Part shown: one piece after another, positions 1-9,196 of the stretch
Layout of the letters: each line of letters opens with the position of its first letter
Position numbering within the stretch: position 1 is the stretch's first letter
From: a bacterium
GTDB lineage: Bacteria > Auribacterota > UBA3054 > B51-G9
DNA: 25,106 nucleotides
NCBI GenBank assembly: GCA_029939815.1
Contig: JAOZSF010000002.1
Location: 1-25,106, forward strand
Direction of reading: 5' to 3'
The notes under the pieces: generated by a model
Seen by the model: only the letters and a program-made list of their open reading frames with translations
What the model was told of the DNA's origin: nothing
Database searches by the model: none
Translations under genes and position numbers: made by a program

Positions 1-5
1 TTCAT

Positions 6-34
6 TTGCGTTTTTTGGCGGATTTCGTTATACT
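6..34 (+). promoter_or_regulatory. Candidate sigma70 promoter for the glycan operon
   Basis: TTGCGT (6-11), 17-nt spacer, TATACT (29-34), about 25-35 nt upstream of the first CDS. Confidence 0.45.
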
Positions 35-59
35 TTATACACTTTATATAAATTGAAAT

Positions 60-845
60 GTGATGATTATGACTTGGTGGACTAAACTATTTAAAATTAA
101 AGAAAATGAATCCGTGGATTTTGTTCCTCCGGAGAGATGGGTGGATTTACACTCGCATATTCTTCCCGGGGTGGATGACGGTGCAAAAACATTAAGTGAT
201 TCTCTATCGATGATTAAATATGCTTCAGAGATAGGAGTTACACATATAGTTGCCACTCCGCATTTTAGTGATTTATTCCCAACGACACCGGATAACAGAG
301 ATGCAGCTTTTAAATTATTAAAAGAAGCTGTTAGTGAATCCGGGATTAATGTTGAAATAATTTGTGGATGGGAGGTTAGCTATACAGATGTTCACATTAA
401 ACGCGTTCTTGACGGAGAGGATTTAAGTATTGCAGGGAGTAAGAATTATATGTTGATTGAATTGCCGAACGGGATAAACAAATCGGCTGTAATAGAAGGT
501 TTCTTTTCTTTAATGATTGAAGGAACTAAAATTGTATTAGCACATCCTGAAAGAAATAGTCTTATTCAACAGGATATTGATTTGGTAAAAGAATTACGCT
601 TTCGTGGAGTTATGATTCAAGTTGATGCTGAAAGTATCGTTGGTGTACACGGGCAAAGTGCTAAAAAAATAGCGATCGAGCTATTTAGGCGGGATGAAGT
701 GGATGCTTTAAGTTCGGATGCGCACACACTTAGCGGATATAAGAATTATAAAAAGGCCTGCGAAAAAATATGCAATAATTTCGGTCAGGAAATTATAAAT
801 AAGATATTAAATAAAGTACCTGTATCTATAGCAAATATAAAATAA
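60..845 (+). CDS. cpsB: PHP-family tyrosine-protein phosphatase (CpsB/CapC/YwqE type); start may be ATG 63 or 69
   Basis: Motifs DLHSHILPGVDDGA, VATPH, GWE, LIELP, AHPERN, SDAH; lies directly upstream of a BY-kinase. Confidence 0.93.
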   Translation: MMIMTWWTKLFKIKENESVDFVPPERWVDLHSHILPGVDDGAKTLSDSLSMIKYASEIGVTHIVATPHFSDLFPTTPDNRDAAFKLLKEAVSESGINVEIICGWEVSYTDVHIKRVLDGEDLSIAGSKNYMLIELPNGINKSAVIEGFFSLMIEGTKIVLAHPERNSLIQQDIDLVKELRFRGVMIQVDAESIVGVHGQSAKKIAIELFRRDEVDALSSDAHTLSGYKNYKKACEKICNNFGQEIINKILNKVPVSIANIK

Positions 846-869
846 AAACAACATAGTAAATGGAGAAGT

Positions 870-2834
870 ATGGAAACAAATAACGGAATACAGCAGGAAA
901 ATCAAAAAGAAGTTAAAGAACGTGATTTTAGAATGTATGCGAGAGTGCTGCTGAAATACGCGCCTTTAATTATTGGAATTACAATCACTACGACAGTAAT
1001 AGCATTTATATACTCTATAATGGCTACAGAAGTGTTTGAAGCGGAAACAATGCTGCGAATTGAACGCGGGAATATGAAAGCGATTCCCGGCCTTGATAAC
1101 GCGTTTTACAATGGCGGAAGGGACTATGACTTTTTTCAAACACAGATCAAACTTTTTAAAAGTCGAAGTCTTATAAAATCAACATTGGATGAACTCGCGG
1201 CGATGAAAGAGCCGTTTTCATCTAAGGATGATTTAACGGAAGAACAGAAAATAAATGCTTTTCTTGCAAAGGTAAAAGTAAAACCTGTACCACGAAGCCA
1301 GCTTGTTTATCTATGTGTTGAAGACGGGAATCCTGAAAAGGCGGCTTTATATGCCAACACATTGGCAAAAGAATATATCAAACAGTCCGTTGATGACAAG
1401 ATGTCGATAGTCAAGCATTATGGTGAATGGTTTGATAAACAGGCGACAGCCCATGAAAAAGTAATTCGTGAACGGGAAAAGAAATTTAAAGAATTTAGAA
1501 GGAAGCATAATATTGTTGAGCTTGATATTGATCTTAGCGCATCTAAAGACGCGTTGAAAAGATTACAAACTCAATTGAACGATATTGAGAATAAAATAGC
1601 AAGCAATGATACTTTTGATGAGGTTAAGAAATTTGAGCTTGAGCAGAAGAAAGCTGAAATACAAGGAGAGATTAAACGCGAAAAGGAACGAATAATCGAA
1701 CTTGATAATTTAAGCGCCCAGTATCTTTCTTTCCAGAAAAAAATACAAGCAGCTCAGAATTATTATTCAATATTGCTGAGCCGTGCTGAAGAATGGACAT
1801 CTACAACAGCGGGCGATAATAAGAAGCAATTTGACCCGCGTAATATTAACATTATTGATGAGGCTGAGCCGCCGACCCGGCCGAAGAAGCCCCGGAAAAC
1901 AGTTAACATACTTTTCGGTATGATTTTTGGAATGATATTAGGTATAGGGATAGCATTTTTTATTGAGTATCTTGATGACACAATTAAGTCACCTACCGAT
2001 GTGGAAAATTTCCTTCAGGTTCCGTTCCTTGGTTTAATTCCAACAATATCCTCAGCTCATGGTGCAAACGCGATAGAAGGAATAGTCGAAAGTCAGCCTA
2101 AAGGAACAATTGCTGAAAGTTACAGAGCGATAAGAACAAACATACTTTTTTCTTCTGACAGGAATGTGAAAAGATTAATAGTAACGAGTACCGGACCTTC
2201 AGAAGGAAAGACGACCACGGCGATTAACATCGCTGAAGTAATGGCGACAGCCGGCGACAAAACGTTGATTATTGACGGGGATATGCGTCGTCCGAGAATA
2301 CATAAAAATATTGATTTGAAAGGAGATGAAAAAGGATTAAGTAATTATCTGACCGGTAATGCGACGTTGGATGAAATTGTTCATGAAACATCAATAGAAT
2401 CGTTGCACGTAGTTCCGGCAGGACCTATACCGCCTAATCCTGTAGAGTTGTTAAACAGTCCTCGTCTCAAAGAATTTCTTGACAGGATGAGTGAAAAGTA
2501 TGATAGAATAATAATTGATAGTCCACCTGTTATCGCGGTTACCGACGCGGCAATTCTTGCGAGAATGGCTGACGGGGTTATATTTGTTGTTCATGGCGGT
2601 CTTGCGCATCGCGATATTGTAAAGCGGGGACTTAAGGGATTAATGAAAGTTGGCGGACATGTGTTTGGAGTGATTCTTAACAATGTTAATATTTACCGTG
2701 CGAGTTATTACGACTATTATTACTATAATTATTATCGCTATGCTTACGGTTATGGTTATCGCGATAAGAAAGCGGATAAGAAAAAAAAGAAGAAAGCGAA
2801 CAATAATAAGAATCAAGACTCAGTGCAGTTGTAA
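870..2834 (+). CDS. wzc: Wzc-like polysaccharide co-polymerase / BY tyrosine kinase (fused type)
   Basis: Two TM helices flanking a coiled-coil periplasmic region; ESYRAIRTN, Walker A GPSEGKTT, A' IIDGDMRRP, B IIIDSPP; C-terminal Tyr cluster; GGAG RBS at 862-865. Confidence 0.95.
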   Translation: METNNGIQQENQKEVKERDFRMYARVLLKYAPLIIGITITTTVIAFIYSIMATEVFEAETMLRIERGNMKAIPGLDNAFYNGGRDYDFFQTQIKLFKSRSLIKSTLDELAAMKEPFSSKDDLTEEQKINAFLAKVKVKPVPRSQLVYLCVEDGNPEKAALYANTLAKEYIKQSVDDKMSIVKHYGEWFDKQATAHEKVIREREKKFKEFRRKHNIVELDIDLSASKDALKRLQTQLNDIENKIASNDTFDEVKKFELEQKKAEIQGEIKREKERIIELDNLSAQYLSFQKKIQAAQNYYSILLSRAEEWTSTTAGDNKKQFDPRNINIIDEAEPPTRPKKPRKTVNILFGMIFGMILGIGIAFFIEYLDDTIKSPTDVENFLQVPFLGLIPTISSAHGANAIEGIVESQPKGTIAESYRAIRTNILFSSDRNVKRLIVTSTGPSEGKTTTAINIAEVMATAGDKTLIIDGDMRRPRIHKNIDLKGDEKGLSNYLTGNATLDEIVHETSIESLHVVPAGPIPPNPVELLNSPRLKEFLDRMSEKYDRIIIDSPPVIAVTDAAILARMADGVIFVVHGGLAHRDIVKRGLKGLMKVGGHVFGVILNNVNIYRASYYDYYYYNYYRYAYGYGYRDKKADKKKKKKANNNKNQDSVQL

Positions 2835-2863
2835 TGCCGCTGGAGAAAAATTAATTACTCAAA

Positions 2864-4480
2864 ATGAAACGGACGCACCCTGAAAGAATAATTATGTGGT
2901 TAATGGTAAGTTTGCTTGCCGTGTCGTTATTATTTTGTTTGAATTTGCTTATTGTCGAATATATACGCATTCTGATACTGGGAATGGCTCTTGCCATATT
3001 ATGTGTCACGTTTCCAGACAATTTCCATAAAAGTCATATAAGGGTAAGTTTTATAGCCGGTGCATATGCGTATATTTTATGGCTTTTTGACCCGGCAGTG
3101 AATGGAGTAGCTTTTTTTGGTGAAGGAGCAAAGGTATTTAATTTTTACCGTATTGTTTCATTTGGATTATTATTAACGGCGGCATCAATATGGTTATTTC
3201 CACTTATAACGCGAAAAATATCATATAAAGAATTTAAAGGAAAATTTACCCAAAGAGACATTTATATTTTTATCGGAATACTTTCGGTCGGCGTATTATT
3301 GACTTTAATGGAAATAATACGTGCGTACAATGAAAAAACAAGTTTTGTAGAAGCTACGTTAAAAGGAACTAAATTAATTGACTGTGCTTTAGTATATGTG
3401 CTTGTTATACGAGGAAAATCGACCAATGAGGTTTCAGAGAAAAAAAGAGTTTATACTTTGTTATATGCTTTCTTAATTTTTTGCGTGTTTACGAGCCTCG
3501 TTGGAGCAGGGCGTGCTGCGGTTGCGTATTACAAGGTAAGGATTCCTGAAAAGTTAGAGAAATCTGTTGGTGCAATCAGGAGGAAAAGACTGTTGGAGTT
3601 GCGTGAAAGATTGCTTCGTGTTTTTTCGCTTAATTCTCATGAAGCGCTTGTTGTTTATGAAGCAGGCTATTTTGCTGGTAAAAAGCAATGGAAAGAATCT
3701 TTAGAACAGTTAAGTAAAGCTTCAAAAATACCGCGAATTGCAATAGAAGAAGAAAAACTCATTGCTGAAATTGAGACGGGATTATATTCAAAAGCGATTC
3801 AGCGACTTGAAAGCATGCCTCTCGACTATAAATTTGCTTCTTTTCATTCAGATGAAATTGTAAAAAAGTTAATAAAAAGCTTAAAAAGAAAAGAAGTTGA
3901 GGATTCCGATTATTACCTTGCCGGTTTGTTTTATATGCATTTAGGCAAGCAAGATGAAGCGAAAAAATATTTCACGGAGTTTATTTCCGCTTCCGCATCT
4001 TCAAACAATGCCAACGCATTATATTTCTTAAATAATGGCAACCAAGAAAAATTAAAATCATATAATACTTTTCAAATGCCGGCAGCGGGATGGCTTCGTC
4101 CGCGAACCACGGACAAATCGGTAGAAGAATCCGGGGATATTATTACAATTGTTAATAATCAGCAAATTGAGGGTAAGCTATGGATAACCCCCGGTGATTA
4201 TAAAGTTACAATTATGGCGCGTGACTCGGGGACTCCTTATAAAAAAGCAAAGGAATCCGGGTTTGATCCGTCCTGCAAAATCAGAGTTTGGGTAGATGAT
4301 ACATTCAATAGTTTACGTATAGTATCAACCAATGGTACATTTAACGCGTACACCTTTGACGTGGAAATTAAGAACGAACCTTCGGATGTTATAATAGAAT
4401 TTACAAATGATACATATAATAAATCGCGGGGTTGGGATAGAAATGTTTCTATATCTCGCGTTACATTTAGTAGAGAATAA
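2864..4480 (+). CDS. Multi-TM membrane protein with TPR-like helices and a C-terminal CBM60-like beta-sandwich
   Basis: About 7 hydrophobic segments in the first ~220 aa; TPR-like YYLAGLFYMHLGKQDEAKKYF; C-terminal FTND...DRNVSI motif recalled from Pfam CBM60-like domains. Confidence 0.6.
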   Translation: MKRTHPERIIMWLMVSLLAVSLLFCLNLLIVEYIRILILGMALAILCVTFPDNFHKSHIRVSFIAGAYAYILWLFDPAVNGVAFFGEGAKVFNFYRIVSFGLLLTAASIWLFPLITRKISYKEFKGKFTQRDIYIFIGILSVGVLLTLMEIIRAYNEKTSFVEATLKGTKLIDCALVYVLVIRGKSTNEVSEKKRVYTLLYAFLIFCVFTSLVGAGRAAVAYYKVRIPEKLEKSVGAIRRKRLLELRERLLRVFSLNSHEALVVYEAGYFAGKKQWKESLEQLSKASKIPRIAIEEEKLIAEIETGLYSKAIQRLESMPLDYKFASFHSDEIVKKLIKSLKRKEVEDSDYYLAGLFYMHLGKQDEAKKYFTEFISASASSNNANALYFLNNGNQEKLKSYNTFQMPAAGWLRPRTTDKSVEESGDIITIVNNQQIEGKLWITPGDYKVTIMARDSGTPYKKAKESGFDPSCKIRVWVDDTFNSLRIVSTNGTFNAYTFDVEIKNEPSDVIIEFTNDTYNKSRGWDRNVSISRVTFSRE

Positions 4481-4483
4481 AAA

Positions 4484-5872
4484 ATGAAAACGTCTCAATT
4501 CGGCAGAAATGTTTTGATAGTAAGTCTTATCGGTATTATGCTGTTGACCTTTGCTTGTCATGTCAGATATTCGCAAAAAAATATAAAAATGGATGATCTG
4601 ATGCGAACAGAAGCTGTTGCTCCAAGCGCGGCAAGCCGGGATATTGTAAGGACAGTAGAAAAAGCGGTTGTTCATGATTTGAATTACTTAAATCAAATTA
4701 TCTTTTACAGTTTGTACAAAGGCAAAGCAATTTATCCGGTTAGTAAGTTTCGAATCTGGGACGGTTTATTTGCCGTTCTTGCCGTACTTATGATTTATCG
4801 GGTGGGCAGTATATGCGGAAATAAGGCCACCGGTATTTTAAGCGCGATACTTCTTGCACTGACCCCGCCGTCACTTTGGGGGGAATATGCTTTGAGGATA
4901 TTTGTAGTTCTTCTTAATTTTGAACTATTTATAACCGCAATTTCTAAAAACACGACTTTCCGGTGGTCATTGTGGTCGGTATCTTCTGTTTTACTTTTTA
5001 GCACCGGTGTTTTTGCTGAAGCGCTGCTTCTACAAAGTTGGTTTCTTTCTCTTATAATCGTTTTTGCTTTGTGGTCAATTGGAACGAAGGTAATGCCGGA
5101 GTGGAAGAAATTTGCCCTTTTGGCACGTGAGGCAAGAAGGAAGAAGAATAAAAGTTTATGGAAAAAGATTCAGGGGGATGCAGGCTTTTCGCGTTATATA
5201 GCAACCGCGATTTTTGTTGGAATTATAATTTTGGCATTAAGTTTTGTCGGCGGTTTTTTTGTTTCGAGATCAATATTATCAGTTGAAACTCTTGCCTTTA
5301 TAATTTTACTTTCTTTTGGTATGGTTATTATTGCTTCGGCAGTTCTATTTGCTTTACCTATTTTTAACCGAGAACGTAATATTGTTTTAGACTGGCTTTC
5401 GGAATATAAATTAAACAAGTCATCAAATGCCCCGTGTCAAATATTTACGACTCCAAGATCGGGGATAATATTAAAGCTCTTTTTTTCTTATTCAGCGGCG
5501 ATCTTGATTTTTCTACCTTTTTTCTTTGCTTTTTACAAAAATATAAATATATTTATCAATAACTGGGAATTTAGCAAAGCGATTACATTCGTTAATAGTT
5601 CGAACTCATTTTACACCTGGATTTTTCTTGCGCTGCCTGTTATATTTGTTTTGATTACACTAATATGTTATTTGCTTAGAATTGTTTCCCGCGGCAGATT
5701 AATTGGCGCAGTTTCCTTAATGATTCTTAGCAGTATTTATATTTTTCAGCAGCGATATGCTGTGATTTCCACGCCTTTTTATATAATCTGTTCTGCAGGT
5801 ATTGCGGCGATAACGGTAGATATCTTTTCTTTTTTATTTGTAAAACTAAATTCAGAAAATGAGAACTCGTAA
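4484..5872 (+). CDS. GT-C fold (ArnT/PMT, GT39/GT83-like) integral membrane protein
   Basis: FRIWDGLFAVLAVLMIYRVG...TGILSAILLALTP matches the ArnT/PMT_2 pattern; LPFF and QRY...P motifs; almost entirely hydrophobic. Confidence 0.65.
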   Translation: MKTSQFGRNVLIVSLIGIMLLTFACHVRYSQKNIKMDDLMRTEAVAPSAASRDIVRTVEKAVVHDLNYLNQIIFYSLYKGKAIYPVSKFRIWDGLFAVLAVLMIYRVGSICGNKATGILSAILLALTPPSLWGEYALRIFVVLLNFELFITAISKNTTFRWSLWSVSSVLLFSTGVFAEALLLQSWFLSLIIVFALWSIGTKVMPEWKKFALLAREARRKKNKSLWKKIQGDAGFSRYIATAIFVGIIILALSFVGGFFVSRSILSVETLAFIILLSFGMVIIASAVLFALPIFNRERNIVLDWLSEYKLNKSSNAPCQIFTTPRSGIILKLFFSYSAAILIFLPFFFAFYKNINIFINNWEFSKAITFVNSSNSFYTWIFLALPVIFVLITLICYLLRIVSRGRLIGAVSLMILSSIYIFQQRYAVISTPFYIICSAGIAAITVDIFSFLFVKLNSENENS

Positions 5873-8800
5873 TGACCGAACCACAACATACAAATAATAT
5901 TAAAAACAAAGATTCCGGCATGCGTGCCGGGATGTTGAAAGTGTTATTTGGTGTTTTGATAGTTGCTTTCACTTTCTTACGTATTTACCACATTCTGGCA
6001 GTCGGACTGACTACTTCAGAAGCAGATTTATTAACTAATTTCGGAGCAATGAGAACCTTTTCTTTTCCGTATTCGTTATTAGTAATTTCGTGGAATGAAC
6101 CGCTTACTGTAATGCTGATGCGCTTAGTTGCCCTGTGCGGAGAGCCACCTGTTTACGGCAGATATATTTTCGCCTTTTTCGGTGTGTGGAGTTTATTGCT
6201 TATTGCGGGTATTGCGCGGCGAAACAGCGGTTTGATAACCGCTTTAATTACTGTTGTTTTTGCCGGATTTTCTGCTGCACTTATAGTTTCGTCACAGGAA
6301 ATTTCAAAAATTTCTCTGATAATCTGGGCAGCGCTTATCGTACAGTGGGCATTTTCTTTATTAACCCATTCTCCAAAGCGAAGAAATGTTGTTATTTACC
6401 TGGTTTCAGCATTGGTAGGCGTTCTGTTTTCACCACTGATTTCATTCGTTATTTTGGCTCATTTGATTTGGTTTACTATTTTCGCGTTTCAGAAAAAAAG
6501 CGGAAATTCAATTCGCATTGCTTATATAATTACAGCGACGGGATCGCTGATTATTGCCTTGCCTTTTTTTATTTTGAAGTGGATAGCACTTAGTAAAATT
6601 AATATAATGGGTTTAGCACCGGTTTTAGTTACAACAGATACAATTCCTGAAATTACCGGTAATATAAAGGACCTTTTCTTTGTACATTCATCTCTTATTT
6701 TATACTATTTATTTATTCTGGTATCGGTTATTGCAATCTTTAGAAGTTTTTTTAAAAAAACAAGAGGAGCATGTGTCTGGGGAACTGTAGTTTTGCTTGT
6801 TTCTGCTGCTATGTTTATTTCACCATATAAAAACATGGGTAAAATTAACAATTCAATTCTTTTACCATTTGTTATACTTCTCATTGTTCAGGGATTTATT
6901 GAAGTGTCCGAAATGATAGCAAGACTTAAAGGATACGCAGGAAAAATTTTAAAATATTGTTTTATGACTTTGGTAACGGCAGTATTTGTTTTATGGGGAT
7001 TCGGACAATATAAATTTTACGAAAAAAAACAGCAGAGTATAATATCACGTGATTTATCATCCCCTTCAGAATTTCTTAAAAGAGTGGTTAAACCGAATGA
7101 CAAAATCATATTGGTAAGCGATATTGACACGTATGATTGGCTAAGAACTAAATATTATTTTTGTGATTATTTAACCGGTGAAGCCAAAGCTTCTTTTGAG
7201 CAAATCAACAAAGCAGAATGGCAAACAAACTGTTTGAATTATTTTCCTGATGAAAATTCATCTTTATGGCTTGTTGGCGTTTCCGGGTTAGGAAAAGACT
7301 GTGTACAGAATTCTTATACTAATTTAACTTTTTCCTATGCACTGCCTGTTACTTGGTTAATACAAACTTCAAAATGGAATGGCTTTGAATATCTAAATTT
7401 ACTGCGGGAAGCAAATGCGGCAACTCCTATGAATCATGCAATTACCGCTCAACTGTTAGATTGGTACAAGGGAAGTAGAGATGCAGACTTAGTAAAATGT
7501 GTTGAGAGCGGTTTTGCGGGAAAAGACATTGCGGCCGGCAGCGGTTCGGAATTGTTTAAGAAAGCGGCGGCGAATCGTATTTTATATGCGTGGAAAGAAT
7601 GTAATATCACCAATTTTTACAAATTCAATGAATTTGTAAATGAAGTTCGGGAATTTGGAATTGATAATGATCGTGCGATTCATCTGTACTCTTTATATGC
7701 TGAAAAGGCTTTAAGAAGTACAAATTTAATAGTCGCATTGACAGCTGTTGAATCTGCCAAAAGAATTGACCCTGAAAACCCGTTTATAAATCGCTTGGCG
7801 GCTAAAGCAGAGTCTTTAAAAAAGAACAAAAATCTGAATAAAATAGTTGAGTTAAATGAACTGGCCTCCAAAGAATATAGAAAACGGAATGGTAAAATAT
7901 TTATAGCAGCGGAGTTCGCAAATGCCTATGCATATCGTGCTTTGAGTAATTATGCCAAAGCTTTTGACAGTTGTAATGCTATTCTTTCGTATTATTCGGA
8001 TGGAATTAAGATGCCGGTTTCAATTCAAACAAATCTTACAGAAAATGGCAGGATCAGAAGAGAGAAATGGACAAATAACCGTTTGGCGTGGATAGGTAGA
8101 TGCAATTCATTTATTTCAACACTTTTATGCGAAACCGGTGACTTCGAAAACGCGATTTTATGGGAAACAAAAAATCTTGATGAACGTAATAGTGAAGCAA
8201 GGCGCACAACTTCGCGGGAAAGATTAGCAAAAATGTATACTAAGGTTGGCGGTATTGATAAGGCATTTCAATATATAGATTCATTGGCTAATTCCGCAAC
8301 TTCGGTAAATAAACGTATAAGTTGGAAAATCGAGGGAGCACAGCTGTATGTAACGTTAGGAGACACCGTTTCAACTTATGACAAATGGAATGATTTACAA
8401 AAAGAAATTGAGAAACTTCCAATGGAAGAGCGGTGGAAATGGTCGAAGAATAAACAGTACCAACGAATACTTCGATATCTTAGCAGCAGATCACAAATGG
8501 ATATTCGGAATCCTGTACTTGTCTCTATCGGAAAAAGAGCTGCGAAAGAAACTAATGCGACAATCGCTGCCGGATTACGCATTCAAATGGCAGGAATATA
8601 TAAATGCAAACTTCAGTATGGTCAAGCGGAAAAAATGTTTAAGCTTGCCGAAAAGATTGCTCCTCTTTATTTTGATTCTTTTCTTTCAGACGGGATTCTT
8701 AAGTATAGAATGAAAAGGTATGCGAAAGCGGAAACTGTTTTTACCAATATTACACATGCTATAAAAGAAAAGAATATTATTAGTCAATCAACGCAGGATT

Positions 8801-9192
8801 GGCGGTATATTGTTTTGGATATGCTTGTTGAAAAGGGAACTCCCCCTTCACTCGAAAATGTTCTTGCGCGGATGGAGGAGTTTAAGCCATATATTGCCGA
8901 TGTCTCTGAATATAATAATTATCGTGGAAATATTCTTGCGTGTTATGGTAAGTTTGACTTAGCCACAAATCAATTCACGCTTGGCATTCAAACAAATCGA
9001 TTTAATTTGCAAAATCATCTTGATCTTGGTTATCTTATTTGTAAACATTCTAATGCTGATGAAGCCGGAAAAATAATTGACAGAATTATGTCTTTGGATT
9101 TGCCGGAAAAAGACAAGCAAATTCTTGAGACTGATTGGCGATTTATAATATTACATCATGTAAGTGTACGACCGTACAATTTAAAAGAGTAA
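5872..9192 (+). CDS. GT-C fold membrane glycosyltransferase-like protein with a soluble domain and long TPR-like C-terminal region
   Basis: N-terminal ~380 aa multi-TM with GLTTSEA, NEPL, GRYIFAFFGV, SQEIS, AH, LPFF; then PNDKIIL...LWLV domain; helical repeats such as YNNYRGNILACYGKFDLATNQF; TAATG overlap with the upstream gene. Confidence 0.7.
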   Translation: MTEPQHTNNIKNKDSGMRAGMLKVLFGVLIVAFTFLRIYHILAVGLTTSEADLLTNFGAMRTFSFPYSLLVISWNEPLTVMLMRLVALCGEPPVYGRYIFAFFGVWSLLLIAGIARRNSGLITALITVVFAGFSAALIVSSQEISKISLIIWAALIVQWAFSLLTHSPKRRNVVIYLVSALVGVLFSPLISFVILAHLIWFTIFAFQKKSGNSIRIAYIITATGSLIIALPFFILKWIALSKINIMGLAPVLVTTDTIPEITGNIKDLFFVHSSLILYYLFILVSVIAIFRSFFKKTRGACVWGTVVLLVSAAMFISPYKNMGKINNSILLPFVILLIVQGFIEVSEMIARLKGYAGKILKYCFMTLVTAVFVLWGFGQYKFYEKKQQSIISRDLSSPSEFLKRVVKPNDKIILVSDIDTYDWLRTKYYFCDYLTGEAKASFEQINKAEWQTNCLNYFPDENSSLWLVGVSGLGKDCVQNSYTNLTFSYALPVTWLIQTSKWNGFEYLNLLREANAATPMNHAITAQLLDWYKGSRDADLVKCVESGFAGKDIAAGSGSELFKKAAANRILYAWKECNITNFYKFNEFVNEVREFGIDNDRAIHLYSLYAEKALRSTNLIVALTAVESAKRIDPENPFINRLAAKAESLKKNKNLNKIVELNELASKEYRKRNGKIFIAAEFANAYAYRALSNYAKAFDSCNAILSYYSDGIKMPVSIQTNLTENGRIRREKWTNNRLAWIGRCNSFISTLLCETGDFENAILWETKNLDERNSEARRTTSRERLAKMYTKVGGIDKAFQYIDSLANSATSVNKRISWKIEGAQLYVTLGDTVSTYDKWNDLQKEIEKLPMEERWKWSKNKQYQRILRYLSSRSQMDIRNPVLVSIGKRAAKETNATIAAGLRIQMAGIYKCKLQYGQAEKMFKLAEKIAPLYFDSFLSDGILKYRMKRYAKAETVFTNITHAIKEKNIISQSTQDWRYIVLDMLVEKGTPPSLENVLARMEEFKPYIADVSEYNNYRGNILACYGKFDLATNQFTLGIQTNRFNLQNHLDLGYLICKHSNADEAGKIIDRIMSLDLPEKDKQILETDWRFIILHHVSVRPYNLKE

Positions 9193-9196
9193 AACT

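Noticed and set aside
5872-9192. N-x-S/T sequons (e.g. DENSS, ECNIT, ETNAT) as evidence for N-glycosylation
   Set aside because: About 7 in 1106 aa is roughly what an Asn/Ser/Thr-rich, AT-biased protein gives by chance, and no PglB/STT3 WWDxG motif is seen in the window.
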